A DNA stretch of 54,848 nt, the filler included, from Circinaria calcarea (taxonomy: Eukaryota), in the NCBI GenBank assembly GCA_051942165.1. It is 5 parts of 5 records of this genome, joined end to end, with 100 filler letters (N's around TTAATTAATTAA, not from the genome) between each part and the next. Parts side by side here need not be neighbours in the genome. Positions count along the whole stretch, not along the records: positions 11,002 to 21,894 come from JAVECS010000745.1; positions 21,995 to 32,887 come from JAVECS010000746.1; 3 more parts are not named here. One strand, written 5' to 3'. The position numbers were made by a program, and so were the translations under genes. The notes beneath the pieces were generated by a model. It ran no database searches, had not been told where the DNA came from, and worked only from the letters and a program-made list of their open reading frames with translations. This document shows positions 11,864 through 22,794 of the stretch, piece after piece. How positions within the stretch are numbered: position 1 is the first letter of the stretch; each line of letters opens with the position of its first letter.

Positions 11864-14031
11864 AGAATTCTAACCAAATTATTAGACTTTAGGCGACTAA
11901 TGCCCTCCCTAATTACTTTTCATAAAGACGTTGCTCTCCTCTATGCCATCTCGGACTGCCTCAAGTGGCTGGTATCCATAGGTTCCCGTGATACCCTGCG
12001 GACGGCCATCGAGGGAATATATACAGGAGTAAACCAGATAAAAGGCTTGATCTTGATACAGGAAACAGAATCAAGACTAACTCCTATGCCAGCTGGCTCA
12101 AGTGACATCAAAAATCTAGGGTACCGAACACTTTGCGCGTATGCTCTACGACACCACCGTGAAATCCCCCAAAAGCCAAGTGGGAGAATAGTTCTAGCGA
12201 AGCCACCGGCCGCAATAAATACCAAAGCTCTTCGCAACATGGCCGATCTTGCTTATCAATTGGGATTTGAGTCCCCTGAAATAGAAGCCTTGAGGCAGTA
12301 TTCCAAGGATGAGAGCGAAATCGGGTTAGCGGAACCTCAGCAGCCACTTCTCGTAACGGATGATTGCGAGATAACGTCAAATGAAAGATGTGGTATACCG
12401 CTTACTTCCACTTATGAAGAAGACCGTAAGTATTTGTTCCTTCGCCATCTTCATGATGGAAGAGAGGAGCAAGGCAAGCAGATCACCTCTATGTTCCGCC
12501 TGAGATGTTGGTACTTGAGCTTTTTCGGCGTGCCAGAGCAAGACGATGCTGTCCAGGCAATGATCAGTTGCAGGTCGACAGCTACATCAAATATCAATAT
12601 GGTTTCGTCACCGCCATCGAGACAACCCACTGGGGACGAGCCTTCGAGAGACACACCGATGCAAGATATCCCGGAGCAGCTACAACAATATTTATCTGCA
12701 CAGAATAATGAAGCCCAAGAACATCTTCGACAGCTTGAGTCAGAGAAACTGGCGTTGGAGAGCCGAAGGCGAGAACAGGAGAACACCCGCTGAAAGCTTG
12801 TTGAGGATCAAAGCAAACTAGAGGGAAAAGAACAAGAAATAAACCGGCAGCGGCATATCCTTGAAGAACAGATTCGGCGTCATGCCCATAGCAGTGAAGC
12901 CCTGGCGAGAAGTGCAGCTTTACTTAAAGAACAGGAGGAAGCCCAATTTCAAAAACAACTAAAGCTTGAACAGGATGCTAATTCAATCCAAGCCAGAGAG
13001 CACGAACAAAAACAGAGACTGTCTGAGCTTAATAAATCAGGACGGAAGATACTCTTGAAACAGAATACAGTTCAACAACAAGAAGAAGAACTGAAAACTA
13101 AAGAGTTTGAATTGGAGAGAATAGACGAGATGCAATCAGAGCGGATAGCGAAACTCAAATGGGATTTGGACAAAATCAGAAGACTAGAACAGCAATTGAA
13201 AATGGCGGAGGAATTTCCTATTAGCAGGGAACAAGAATTAGAAGACCAACGAAAAATCGATCAAGCTGAGCTAGAGGAAATCCAGGCGACCGACGATAAA
13301 GACACAATAGATGAGAACACGGGTCCTGACCTTTAACTAGATATTCCGCCGCTGACGCAAGGGTATCCAGCGCGTGACTACAACACAGAGCAATGCCCAA
13401 CAGCAGAGTATCCAGCACAAGTAGGACGGTCACGCAAGCGCCGGGATGAGAGCGACGAGAGTGATTCCGAAAGGGCCGACCTACTTAAGGGGAGAAAGGC
13501 AACAGGGTCGGGCAAATATCAAAAGCTAGATATGGATTTGAACTCCAGAGCAGAGGAAAACGCTATGGATTCTATTAAGCCTAATATATAGCCGAGAACA
13601 AGTCCTAGCAAGTAATAGGCAAACGTAATTTATTGAGGGGGACATGTAACATGCTCAAGAGACGATTCCGCGTTCTAGTCGACCTCGGCAAGTGTTTTTA
13701 TAAATGAGGAGGAAGCCAAGCTTCCTCCGATCGTGGACGTTGGTGAAATATCTAGACTACTCATTCTATCCATAACGATTGATTTTATGGTTTGGAATGG
13801 CCTTGAAGAAATTACACCTTCGGGCTAGAAATACGAAGGATGCTTGTAAAATGTGCGTATATAATAAATAAGACCTATTAGTTTTATGTTTAACTTATAG
13901 TATACCGAATAAAGATACTTTATTACGAAGTCCTTTAGGGGAGCCATTTCTAGATGTCATTAGTTGGGGAGCCGATTCTGGCTGTCACCTTTTAAGCAGC
14001 CATATATAGATGCCTCTATTGGTAGTCAACC

Positions 14032-14321
14032 TTAATTGGCGTTTCCACCTGTATTCCGTGTATTATTCCTCCACGGCTTGCCTAATTGGCGGCGGCGTGT
14101 GAGCGGCGGCGGAGGCTTTGAAGCATGCCCAGTAGTGGTGGCGAAGGCAGCGGCATGTTGGTGTTGGCGTATATGGGCGAATAGGCGGTTTTTGGAAGCG
14201 AAATGGCCGTGGCATGTACGGCATGCGTAGAAAGTTGAATTGGAGGTCGATTTCGCAGCCGAATCGGAAGCCGAAATGGGCGTATTCTTGCTGGTATTCG
14301 TGACCGGGTTGCCGTGTGTTC
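14032..14321 (-). pseudogene. C-terminal fragment of an ORF with a C2H2 zinc finger, fused out of frame to the copia integrase
   Basis: Alternative frame reads THGNPVTNTSKNTPISASDSAAKSTSNSTFYACRTCHGHFASKNRLFAHIRQHQH...GGNAN-TAA (14032-14034): C-x2-C-x12-H-x3/5-H. Confidence 0.6.
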
Positions 14322-16926
14322 AGTATGCGGGGACTTCCAATTGAATCGTTTCGTTGGTACCCTATTCAGAAGATGTGCGGCAGCAAGGTAGCACTCTGGA
14401 TACAGATCTTCAGGTAAGTGCGCAGTAATACGGATCGATCTGGCCACTTGCGATAGCATGCTGCCAGTACGTTCAGACGCACCGTTCTGTTCCTTGGTGT
14501 CATTTGCTGACCATTCGTACGTAAGCCCTTGGTTCTGTACGAATCTCTGTATCTCATTGCCGACGGATGTCTCCTGGTCCTGTCGAATAACCTGAACGGC
14601 GAATCTGGACTCGAAACCTTGTCGATCGCAGTGGTTGATAATGTGTTTCATAACACGCGAAAGGGTTTCTTGCTTGTGGTCAGGTAGCGGAAACACCCAA
14701 TGATTGCTGGTACATTCGTCGTAGAAGTGTGCAATGCATGTTGTTCCATCCCATGCCACTCCGAGGATAATCAGGTCCATGCAGAGGCGTTCGAAAGGTC
14801 TGGTTGCACGCAGTGACGGTGTCTTCGAGACGAACTGGTGCATCTTGAACGTAGCACACGTCTGGCATTGGACCGTCTTCGGGGCATCTTTTCCTTCTAG
14901 CAGTTCAATCTCACCGCTTTTAGCCAACTGCTTAATCACCTCCGGTTGACAATGACCTAGGCGTTGATGGAAGATCCACGGTGTTGCTTTTGGCACTGAG
15001 CCAGCAGTTCTCGGACCGACATAATTGGCGTAGACTGCGACATGTCCAATGGGGTTGTATTCGACGACAGGCATTCCAATATGCTCATCGACTTCGAATA
15101 CCGGTCTACCTTTGTAGGTGACCTTATCAATCGCCATATCCCAATGAAATCCTTCTCTTTTCAGCTTCATGCCTGCAATCAACGTGCAGTTCGCCTTCGG
15201 GGCGTAAGCTGTATTGGGGAATTTCAGGTCCACACGCTTGCCGTTTAGATGACCTTTCACCAGCATTGTTCCACGTCCTTCAATCAATAGCTCTCCTCCC
15301 GGGCTACTTACCCATTCGAATTCGGGTCGAATGTCGTCAATGAAACGACTGGAGTCCCAGGTGAGGTGGTAAGTGGAACAAGGATCGTATTGAACGCTAT
15401 TTTTCAAGAGATTCTCGCGCCTGTCTGGCGACGAACTATCCGACAGCGCCGAGCTGTTAGGCTGAGCCATAGCCATACTAGCAAAAGACCACGACCCGTT
15501 GCCTTCACGCTCTGCATACGCTGAATTGGCTGAAGCAGATAACTCCACAGCGTTGTCCTTATTATTTTCTCTTGACTTTGACCTCCCTCCTGACCTCCTG
15601 TCTTCGAAAGAGATACCATCGAGGATATCGGTGTTGCAGAACTTCTTGATTGAAAAATAGAATCTTACGTCCTTCTTAATTACCTCTCGAATAGCCTTTC
15701 GTTCACTGGGGACGCTCTTCCATCCAGAGCGTCTGGCATTCATGTTGAGGTAAGGATCTTCTTCGAATAGGTGGACTTGACCGCACACGCATTGCTTATT
15801 TCTGTAAGACTCGCGTCGATCAGTCTGACCTTTCTGGTTGTTCGATTGAGAGTTGTTGTTTTGTGGCTGTTGAACGCCTTGCCATGTTGCGGCGTTTGCA
15901 CTAGCTCCCTTCGACTTCGATTTAGCCATGAATTAGTCGACACTATTGCGATATTCTCTTGTCGTCTCTCTGAACTCGAGTTCCTTGCCTGCGGCGACTT
16001 TTTCTCGAGCCCAATGATCACAAAAGTCAGGTGCAAAAGGCCTTCCTGACCTCAAGAAGTGCTCTGTAAAAAGCTCCTCGTTGTATGTGGTGTCGATGTT
16101 CATGTAGGCCATTTCATCACGAAGTGACTCCCATTCCTGAATCCACTGTTCGGGTATTCCTTTCACCGGGTTGGAATTCTTTAGTTGTCCATATTTGACG
16201 TCGATCTGCTTGCGTAGCTTGCTGTCTGACTGCTTGAACTTTTCTGCCAGAGAGATTATAATGTCTCGAACAGAGGCTGTTCTCTTAGTCATTGGCACAT
16301 ACTCGCGAGCTGATTCCATAACGGCTGCATGAACTTTTGCAACTCCTGAGGTCGCGGCTTTAGACTCGGCAAACAGACTTTTATATGCTCTCTCCTTGAT
16401 TGCATACGACTTCCTGTGGTTCGTCGAGGTCGTCATAGTCGGCACACCGTGTTCTCACTGGGACAGCAGCACCAGGTTGAACAACGTCCCTGTAGTAGTC
16501 GGTGACTCGAGGATACTTCGGTGCCGTTGGGGCTACCTCAGTTCCTTCTGGGTCAACGTACTCCCATACTTCGTGTTGTAGTGCGAAGCCTTTGATATCT
16601 TCAATCCATTGACGGTAATTATTTGGCGTCAGCGCGGTCACCGTCACTCTCGTGGTGGCGATGTACGTGTCTTCCATCTCGTTATCAACTGGTGGCAGTC
16701 ACTCTGGTGGCTGGCTTCCTGCTGTAAGATGAAGGATAGATCGAATTTCAATAGGAACTTTTCGCTGGAAGAAATCTCTTCGCTTCAATTCAACGATTTG
16801 GCGTAGTGAATCAATCGTAGCTTCAAATAAATGCTGAAACGATAATATTTCACCCCCCATCATCGAGGTCGCGTTCACCATCGGAGTCGCCAAGCTGCGG
16901 CAAGTCCACCATTAAAGTCGTAACCT
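14321..16926 (-). mobile_element. Degenerate Ty1/copia LTR retrotransposon internal fragment (gag-PR-IN; RT/RNaseH and LTRs absent)
   Basis: Gag N-terminus LTPNNYRQW...VWEYVDP; knuckle-like CVCGQVH; protease-like QYDPCSTYH; GAG-pre-integrase FHQRLGH...CQTC; DDE integrase (MDL, RQDQE, NGASER); HLLNRVPTKRFNWKSP, then homology ends. Frameshift near 16415 and in-frame TAA at 15933-15935. Left boundary is approximate. Confidence 0.9.
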
Positions 16927-17070
16927 CGCCATGATATCAATTACGCATTTTAGTGTGATACTAGCTCCGGAATCTAAATTCTCCGAACTTCCGCTAGCTG
17001 TTGGTCTGCCCACGGGCAGAGCACAATTACTAATAGAACGACTTCAACCAATTATTAATATCTTTTACCT

Positions 17071-19933
17071 ATGGAGTCAACTATCCAGCAGGTACTCCTA
17101 TCCCCTCTCTTTTACTTACCACGGCTTAACTCTCAACAGGTATTCGAAGGGCTTCGTGAGCACATAGGATCTGTGATTCTATCATTGACAATACACTCCC
17201 CGGAGGATGAGGACTTATTTCGTAAAGAAATATCCACACTCCATAGCTTTATTGGTGGCCTAAGCACGCGCGACTGCGAAACATGTTCAGCTTCCTCATC
17301 TCAATCAAGCGGTCTCACGATATCCTGTCCAAATATTCCCATTGCGGGAGGCGCTAGCTCCCCACCACGCCAACAGCAACTTATCCTTCCTTCTGCTAAT
17401 ACGACTAACGCGAATCACTCTACTGATAATCCACCGCATCATATTATCAACCCGTCAGTCGACAGCCAAATACTTAGCAATGAACGGATACGCCAAGAGC
17501 GTCTTCCACCGCCTGCTGATAGTTCAAAGGAGCTTGAAAGTACTTCGCCCAGCCAGAACGGATCGCAGCCTTCCCCGCTCCCGGTCCACCAACCTCAGCT
17601 CAACCAGTTACCGGCTCCTCCGCGTTCACTCTCAGTTCCCCCGCCTTCTCAGCCTTTCCAGCTCCCAGTCCACCGGCCTCAGCTCAATCAGCTGTCGGCT
17701 CCTCCGCGTTCAGTCTCAGTCCCCCCCATTTCTCAGCTTCTAGTATCACAATCAAGAACTACTCGCCTTCAGTCTGATCGCGCGGATGTTGAACCTCGCA
17801 TACGCTACGAACTTCAAGATGGGGTGTTATGTTTCTTTCCTACACGTGAACAATGGCTCGATTTTCCAAGGATCTTAGACTGTGCTCGACAGCTAGGCGT
17901 GGAAGGAGTCGGCGCTTGCAAAGTAGTCTTACCATCAGATGTCATTGGTCCATCAAAGCCAGTTCGCTATACAAAGAAGACTGGGTTTTACTACTCAGCG
18001 CGCCTTCAGGACAATGGGACTTATAGCCTTCGAAGAACCGAAAGAAATGCTGGAAAGCAGCCCAGTATTAGCTCAGAGAGTATACCGACCAGTAAAACAG
18101 CGGCGCAGCACTTCGAAGAGCTTATCGGAACGAGATCGGGTCTAGCTAGTGCTTGTTATTGTGTTGATATGGATGCTGAAAAGCCAGACGATCGAGAAAG
18201 CTTTGGCCTTCCTATGTCTCCGATATGGCCTCTTAAAGGGGATCATCTCCCTAGGACAATAGACCATATACCCGGAATCCACGGCCCTTTTGTCTACGAA
18301 GCTCTTCGTGGGTTCGCACCATTTGCCATGCACGTAGAAAATGCGGATCTCTACTCGGTTAATTATCTTTGGGATGGAGAGAAACATTGGACTGTGATAC
18401 CGGAAGACTCGCGCGGTGCTTTAGAAGCGAAATCCAGAGAGACTAATAACTCTTATTATTCCGGGAAATGCGCGCAGTTTTTACAACACTCTGCAACCTA
18501 CTACCCTAGCTCTATACTACAAGACTGGGGAATAAGTTATCATCCCATTCAACAAAAAGCAGGCGAAGCCGTTATCACCTTCCCTGGTGTTTACCATCAA
18601 GGTTTCAGCAATGGACCAAACTTTGCGGAAGCTGTTAACTATGCTGATGAAAATTGGAGCATCAATAACCATCGTGGTTGTAATTTGGAAACCTGCCCCC
18701 CCGGATCTATCACCAACGATATGCTCGTGTTTCAAGAGAAAACAATGGAACAAATCTCCGAGGATAATGTCGTTGATGAGGCCTCCGAGGAAAATGCCAA
18801 TAGTGAAGAACAAAATATTCTACCCAAGAGGAAAAGAGCTCAGTGTAGTCACGGCAAAAACTCTGCAAAGGAGAAGATGCGGAAGGTTTCCCAAAACAAG
18901 CCAGGAAGAGATGCGTTATCGTTTGGTGTCGCTCAAGCTAAGGCCGTCGATGCAAGGTTCAACAAAAAGATAGAGGAATTCTTTCGGGATGATGTATCCA
19001 CTCATTTCCAAAACCTGACACCAATTCCAAAGGACATGAAACAACCCACGGATATTTACCTAGTCTTTGCTCGGAGATGTCCCGACGCGCTTCCAAGTAG
19101 GGTTGGCCTTCTTACACGTTTATTTTTTGCTGTTGGTAGCCCGGATGCGTTCTATCAACTACATGATGCTTGCAGAGCTAGCCGTCAGGGCAGAATATCC
19201 GACATACTTCAGCCGGCAAATGATATTTCTCAGATAATACAGGCCCTCGACCGAGTGGAAACCACTCTCTTCGTTGCATCGATCTTGCGGCGTTTCTACC
19301 TTTCGATCCTGGTAGATAAACGTCATCAATTAGAGGAACTTTACCAAAGACAGAGGCCTAGGCGACCCAGAGGCTCAGTTGAGTACGGAATTATGAATCT
19401 AAAACAGATAGCAGCATCCGAACGCTCCAGTGTCAAGGCTCTGGACGAGATGATGAAAGAAGCTTATCCTGAAATCAAGCCGACAAGACCGCATAGATCA
19501 TCCAGAGAAGACGCTTATATGAAAAGCCTTTCTTCTTTGAGAACCAGACTTCGTCATGGGAGCAACTGGTACACGATGGAGCAGATGATACCAGGAGCCC
19601 TTGCTTTGATACCTACTGCTAGCGACTACGGTATTCAAAACCGCGAGTAAGTTGCCTCGCAAATATTGTATATGTAAATGATTAAAATAAATTAGCATTG
19701 AAAAGCTGCCTCAGAATTTATTTTCGATCTTTTTAGACGTTCTGGTCGAGTTCCGTGGAGGTTTCCTCCGCGATATCTGTCAGTCAATATCTCAATGGAT
19801 ATTTGCTATTTTACAGTCAAAAGACCCAAGTCAAACATATATATTCGAAAAATTGGATGGAGATCAGCTGAAGAGAGAGCCTTTTAATTCTAGGAATTTT
19901 ATAGATTACTGCAAACTAGATTCTTCTATCTGA
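17071..19933 (+). CDS. JmjN-JmjC (KDM4/Rph1-like) histone demethylase with uncharacterised C-terminal helical domain
   Basis: JmjN-like FFPTREQWLDF...GACKVVLP; JmjC IPGIHGPFVY...FAMHVENADLYSVNYL.DGEKHW...CAQFLQH...QKAGEAVITFPGVYHQGFSNGPNFAEAVNYA. Predicted intron 19647-19695; last exon ends TGA 19931-19933. Confidence 0.9.
17566..17733 (+). repeat. Two 84-nt in-frame tandem copies (QP..LPVH.PQLNQL.APPRS.SVPP)
   Basis: Direct duplication visible at DNA and protein level inside the JmjC gene N-terminus. Confidence 0.85.
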
Positions 19934-20199
19934 TGGCACGCTAAATGACTGCCATCCTATATAGATGTGGTGGAGACTAGAAAGGTTGCAGAGGAAATAT
20001 AATTGTATGCTATTAAAACTAATGGGTTGTTTAGAAATAACTGACTAATTATTGCTAGAGTTAGTAACCAAAATAAATGCATGTGTTCGCACAGCTAAAT
20101 CCATCGCGAAATGTTTCTGAAAGAACGACGGTATTGAAATAACTACACCTGCTAGGTGGCGCGCGCCCTTGCTTTCCGGCTTTGGTTGGAAGCGAAGCC

Positions 20200-21107
20200 T
20201 AAGCTGCTGCTGCTGCTGGAGTTAATGCTTGGCGCAAGTCCGAAGCTGTAGTCGATTCCCTGTCTGGTGATGCAGAAGACGATCTTGAAGAAGGAGATGG
20301 TTCATCCTCCTCAGATGCCACTAGCCAGGGCATGTCTACCTTATCTTTATCTGTGAGCTGCTTCTTATTGTGTGGGTGTATTCCCTTCGATTAATAAGCT
20401 TGCACGGCTGTATCAAGCTTCGAGCGCTGCAACCATCTTTTGCAGCTTTGCTCCCCTTTTCACTGACCCATTTATCGTCGTTGTGGTTTTTAAGTACTGA
20501 GGTTGAGATCCAGAGTTCCTCTTCCTTGCCTGTTTCCTCATCAATCTTTCTTTGCAACGACAAGGTAATATCTTATCTGTTCGAGTTTATTTATTTTTCC
20601 TTCGGGCCTCGCGACCTGGACAACGTCTTTTATTGCCTTGATATCTTTGGCAGTCCGGATGACCTTGTTCTCTTTGTCGTCTGTTGCTTTGGGGAACGCT
20701 TCTTCTTCCAACCATGCTTTAGCAACTCCCTTCCCAAACTTTGAACCGGGATAAATTTCATGAATCGGGCACTTATCGGTTCCACGATTTACAAAAACTC
20801 AATCCCCCTTTTCGCCAATCGGCTGGATGGCAATGATGACTTGGCCGAAGGGTGTTCGCCCATTAGACATATCTTCCACTTCTACTTTAATTGGCTCTAA
20901 ATCTGGCAAGTCTTCACTCTCTATCAATGGAATGACAGTCTCACTGGTCGTTGCTGGTGATGAGTCGCCTGCTCCACGAGAGGGATCCGGCGACGGGATA
21001 ATCCATGTCTCGGGGTAGCCATGCCACTTTAGAAACGCAATCATTTGATTATTATAGCCCTCGAGTGCTTGCTTTGCGGTTGTATCTTGCGGGTTACTTT
21101 CCAGTTT
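20200..21107 (-). pseudogene. Degenerate uncharacterised accessory gene
   Basis: Joined frames: KLESNPQDTTAKQALEGYNNQMIAFLKWHGYPETWII...GRTPFGQVIIAIQPIGEKGD*VFVNRGTDKCPIHEIYPGSKFGKG...IRYYLVV /fs/ EELWISTSVL /fs/ GIHPHNKKQLTDKDKVDMPWL. One stop and about two frameshifts; boundaries approximate. Confidence 0.6.
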
Positions 21108-21894
21108 TTACTAGTAAATTATTATGGTACGGTTATCCTAGCTAGTGCCTCTCCCTAATCCTTGCGGAGATCGCCAAAAAAAAAACCCCCCCCGCTCAAA
21201 AAGCGCCCATCATTTTGCAACACACTATATTTGATCCCCTTAGAATGTATTACAGTTGATTACGCTCCTCGACCTGCTGCGTGGAAAGCGAATACGAAAC
21301 CTCGTGGATTTATCAGGTCTTTCTCCATAAGGAGTATGCCTATGAAGGTACACAGGATGCTATAGAGGACGGTGCATCGGATGATAAGCTTTTGGGACTG
21401 TAAACAGTTCGAATTCCGGACAACTATCTGCTTGCCACTACCACAGTCCAATATAAACTCGGGAGAATCTTGGAGTAGTCCCTACTCGCTATTCTTAACC
21501 TTAGTGGGTCGTACGAGAAGTACGACCCGGCCGGGAATAATTAGAGGTCGAACATTATACAAGTCAAACTCTCTCCTTTTATTGGACGTTGGTGGTCCGA
21601 AAATTCCTGGTGGATATTGTATCTAATTATCACTTTTATCTTATTTTGGTCTCCGCAATAACTATACCGGCGTTATATTTACACGTCGGTACCGCCTATA
21701 AATCATTATTCTCTTTGGCATCCTGCTCTTCTCGCCGTGCACGTACCTCAGAGCCAGTACGAAGATTGGGGGCTCAGCAAGGCTCGCAAGGCCACATGAC
21801 CTCCTTCTGCCGTCAACGGGGTGGGGGTTGGGAAAGGGAGTTGCGACAGTAGGAGAGAGAGCAGCGTGGGCAGGTTGGCGACATGACATTGGGG

Positions 21895-21994
21895 NNNNNN
21901 NNNNNNNNNNNNNNNNNNNNNNNNNNNNNNNNNNNNNNTTAATTAATTAANNNNNNNNNNNNNNNNNNNNNNNNNNNNNNNNNNNNNNNNNNNN
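21895..21994. other. Artificial contig linker
   Basis: N44-TTAATTAATTAA-N44. Confidence 0.98.
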
Positions 21995-22449
21995 AGTATC
22001 GCTCGTCACGACAATGACCTTGCTGGTCTGGTATGCCTCGAGGATGCGCTTCCTGTTACGACGTTAGTGCTGATTGGAAACGAAGGGAAAGGAGCCTACC
22101 ATTGCTCTGGCTGTCTGATGGGTAAAGTACCCACACGCTCCCGTAGCTGATGGTATCTCTCACTGTAGGCACGGCCAGTGAGAGGGTTTACCGTTCCACT
22201 CTGGATCTTTAGTGCGCCTTCCACAGTCGTCTGATGTCTCTGGGAGACGTCAAAGGGGCCGATCTGGCTGGGAGCGGCCTCCATGGCGATTCTGTTGGGT
22301 ACCGATTCCAAGCGGGGCGCAAGAAGTTTGCCGTCTTTGCTCACGGCTTCGTTCTCTACTGCAGGAAGCTGGCTGTCCTCGTCTGATAGACTTAACTTGC
22401 CTTCATGTTCACCACGAGGCTCACTGCTCCGTGCATTTGATGAAAACAT
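21995..22449 (-). CDS. Divergent Prp43-like DEAH-box RNA helicase, N-terminal part (truncated by contig end)
   Basis: GTVNPLTGRAYSERYHQLRERVGTLPIRQPEQW / intron 22053-22099 (GTAGGC...ACTAAC...CAG) / KRILEAYQTSKVIVVTSDT. Parallels Prp43 NPFTG..S.RY..IL..R..LPV....EFL..Y...Q.LV.VGETGSGKT; ends just before Walker A. Confidence 0.72.
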
Positions 22450-22794
22450 TTGGACCTTTATCTTGCAAAGTATCTTTGAAGTGCTTGATGATGCCGAGAC
22501 CGAAATTACAGTGCGTGTGCAGTTCAAGTCCGTAAATTTTAAGGTAAGAAAATGGATGTGATAATAGTTATGGAATATGGAATATTAAAAAGATAAGCGC
22601 TAAGGGCTACGTGAGGTGCGAAATCACACTAGCGTTAATAAATAGTGAATGATATCGCTGCCTCCCTGGAAAAGAGATTACCAACCTCCTGCTTTTTAAA
22701 TCAACTCTCCATTTTCTAAAAGTTCATCTAATTACCTGAACTTTCGCAATCCATCCTTATTTAACCCGTTTCCAATAGCTTCCCTCACGTCGAA

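Larger units (their letters stand above)
11002..13590 (+). pseudogene. DUF3723-family gene (Starship auxiliary family) with C-terminal coiled coil; 5'-truncated, MITE-disrupted, premature stops
   Basis: AAAYDSLREIPGIIAGMKISTSHK...RCDE / intron 11153-11205 / EISHYLVEHIEKTW...KVDSATVRALELKAP...GEIFQNFIDQERERIL [MITE] TKLLDFRRLMPSLITFHKD...LAYQLGFESPEI...RCGIP...ITSMFRLRCWYLSFFG. The same frame continues through TGA 12791-12793 and TAA 13334-13336. Confidence 0.85.

Noticed and set aside
13850..17070. LTR pair flanking the copia fragment
   Set aside because: No shared direct repeat between 13850-14030 and 16927-17070 could be seen.
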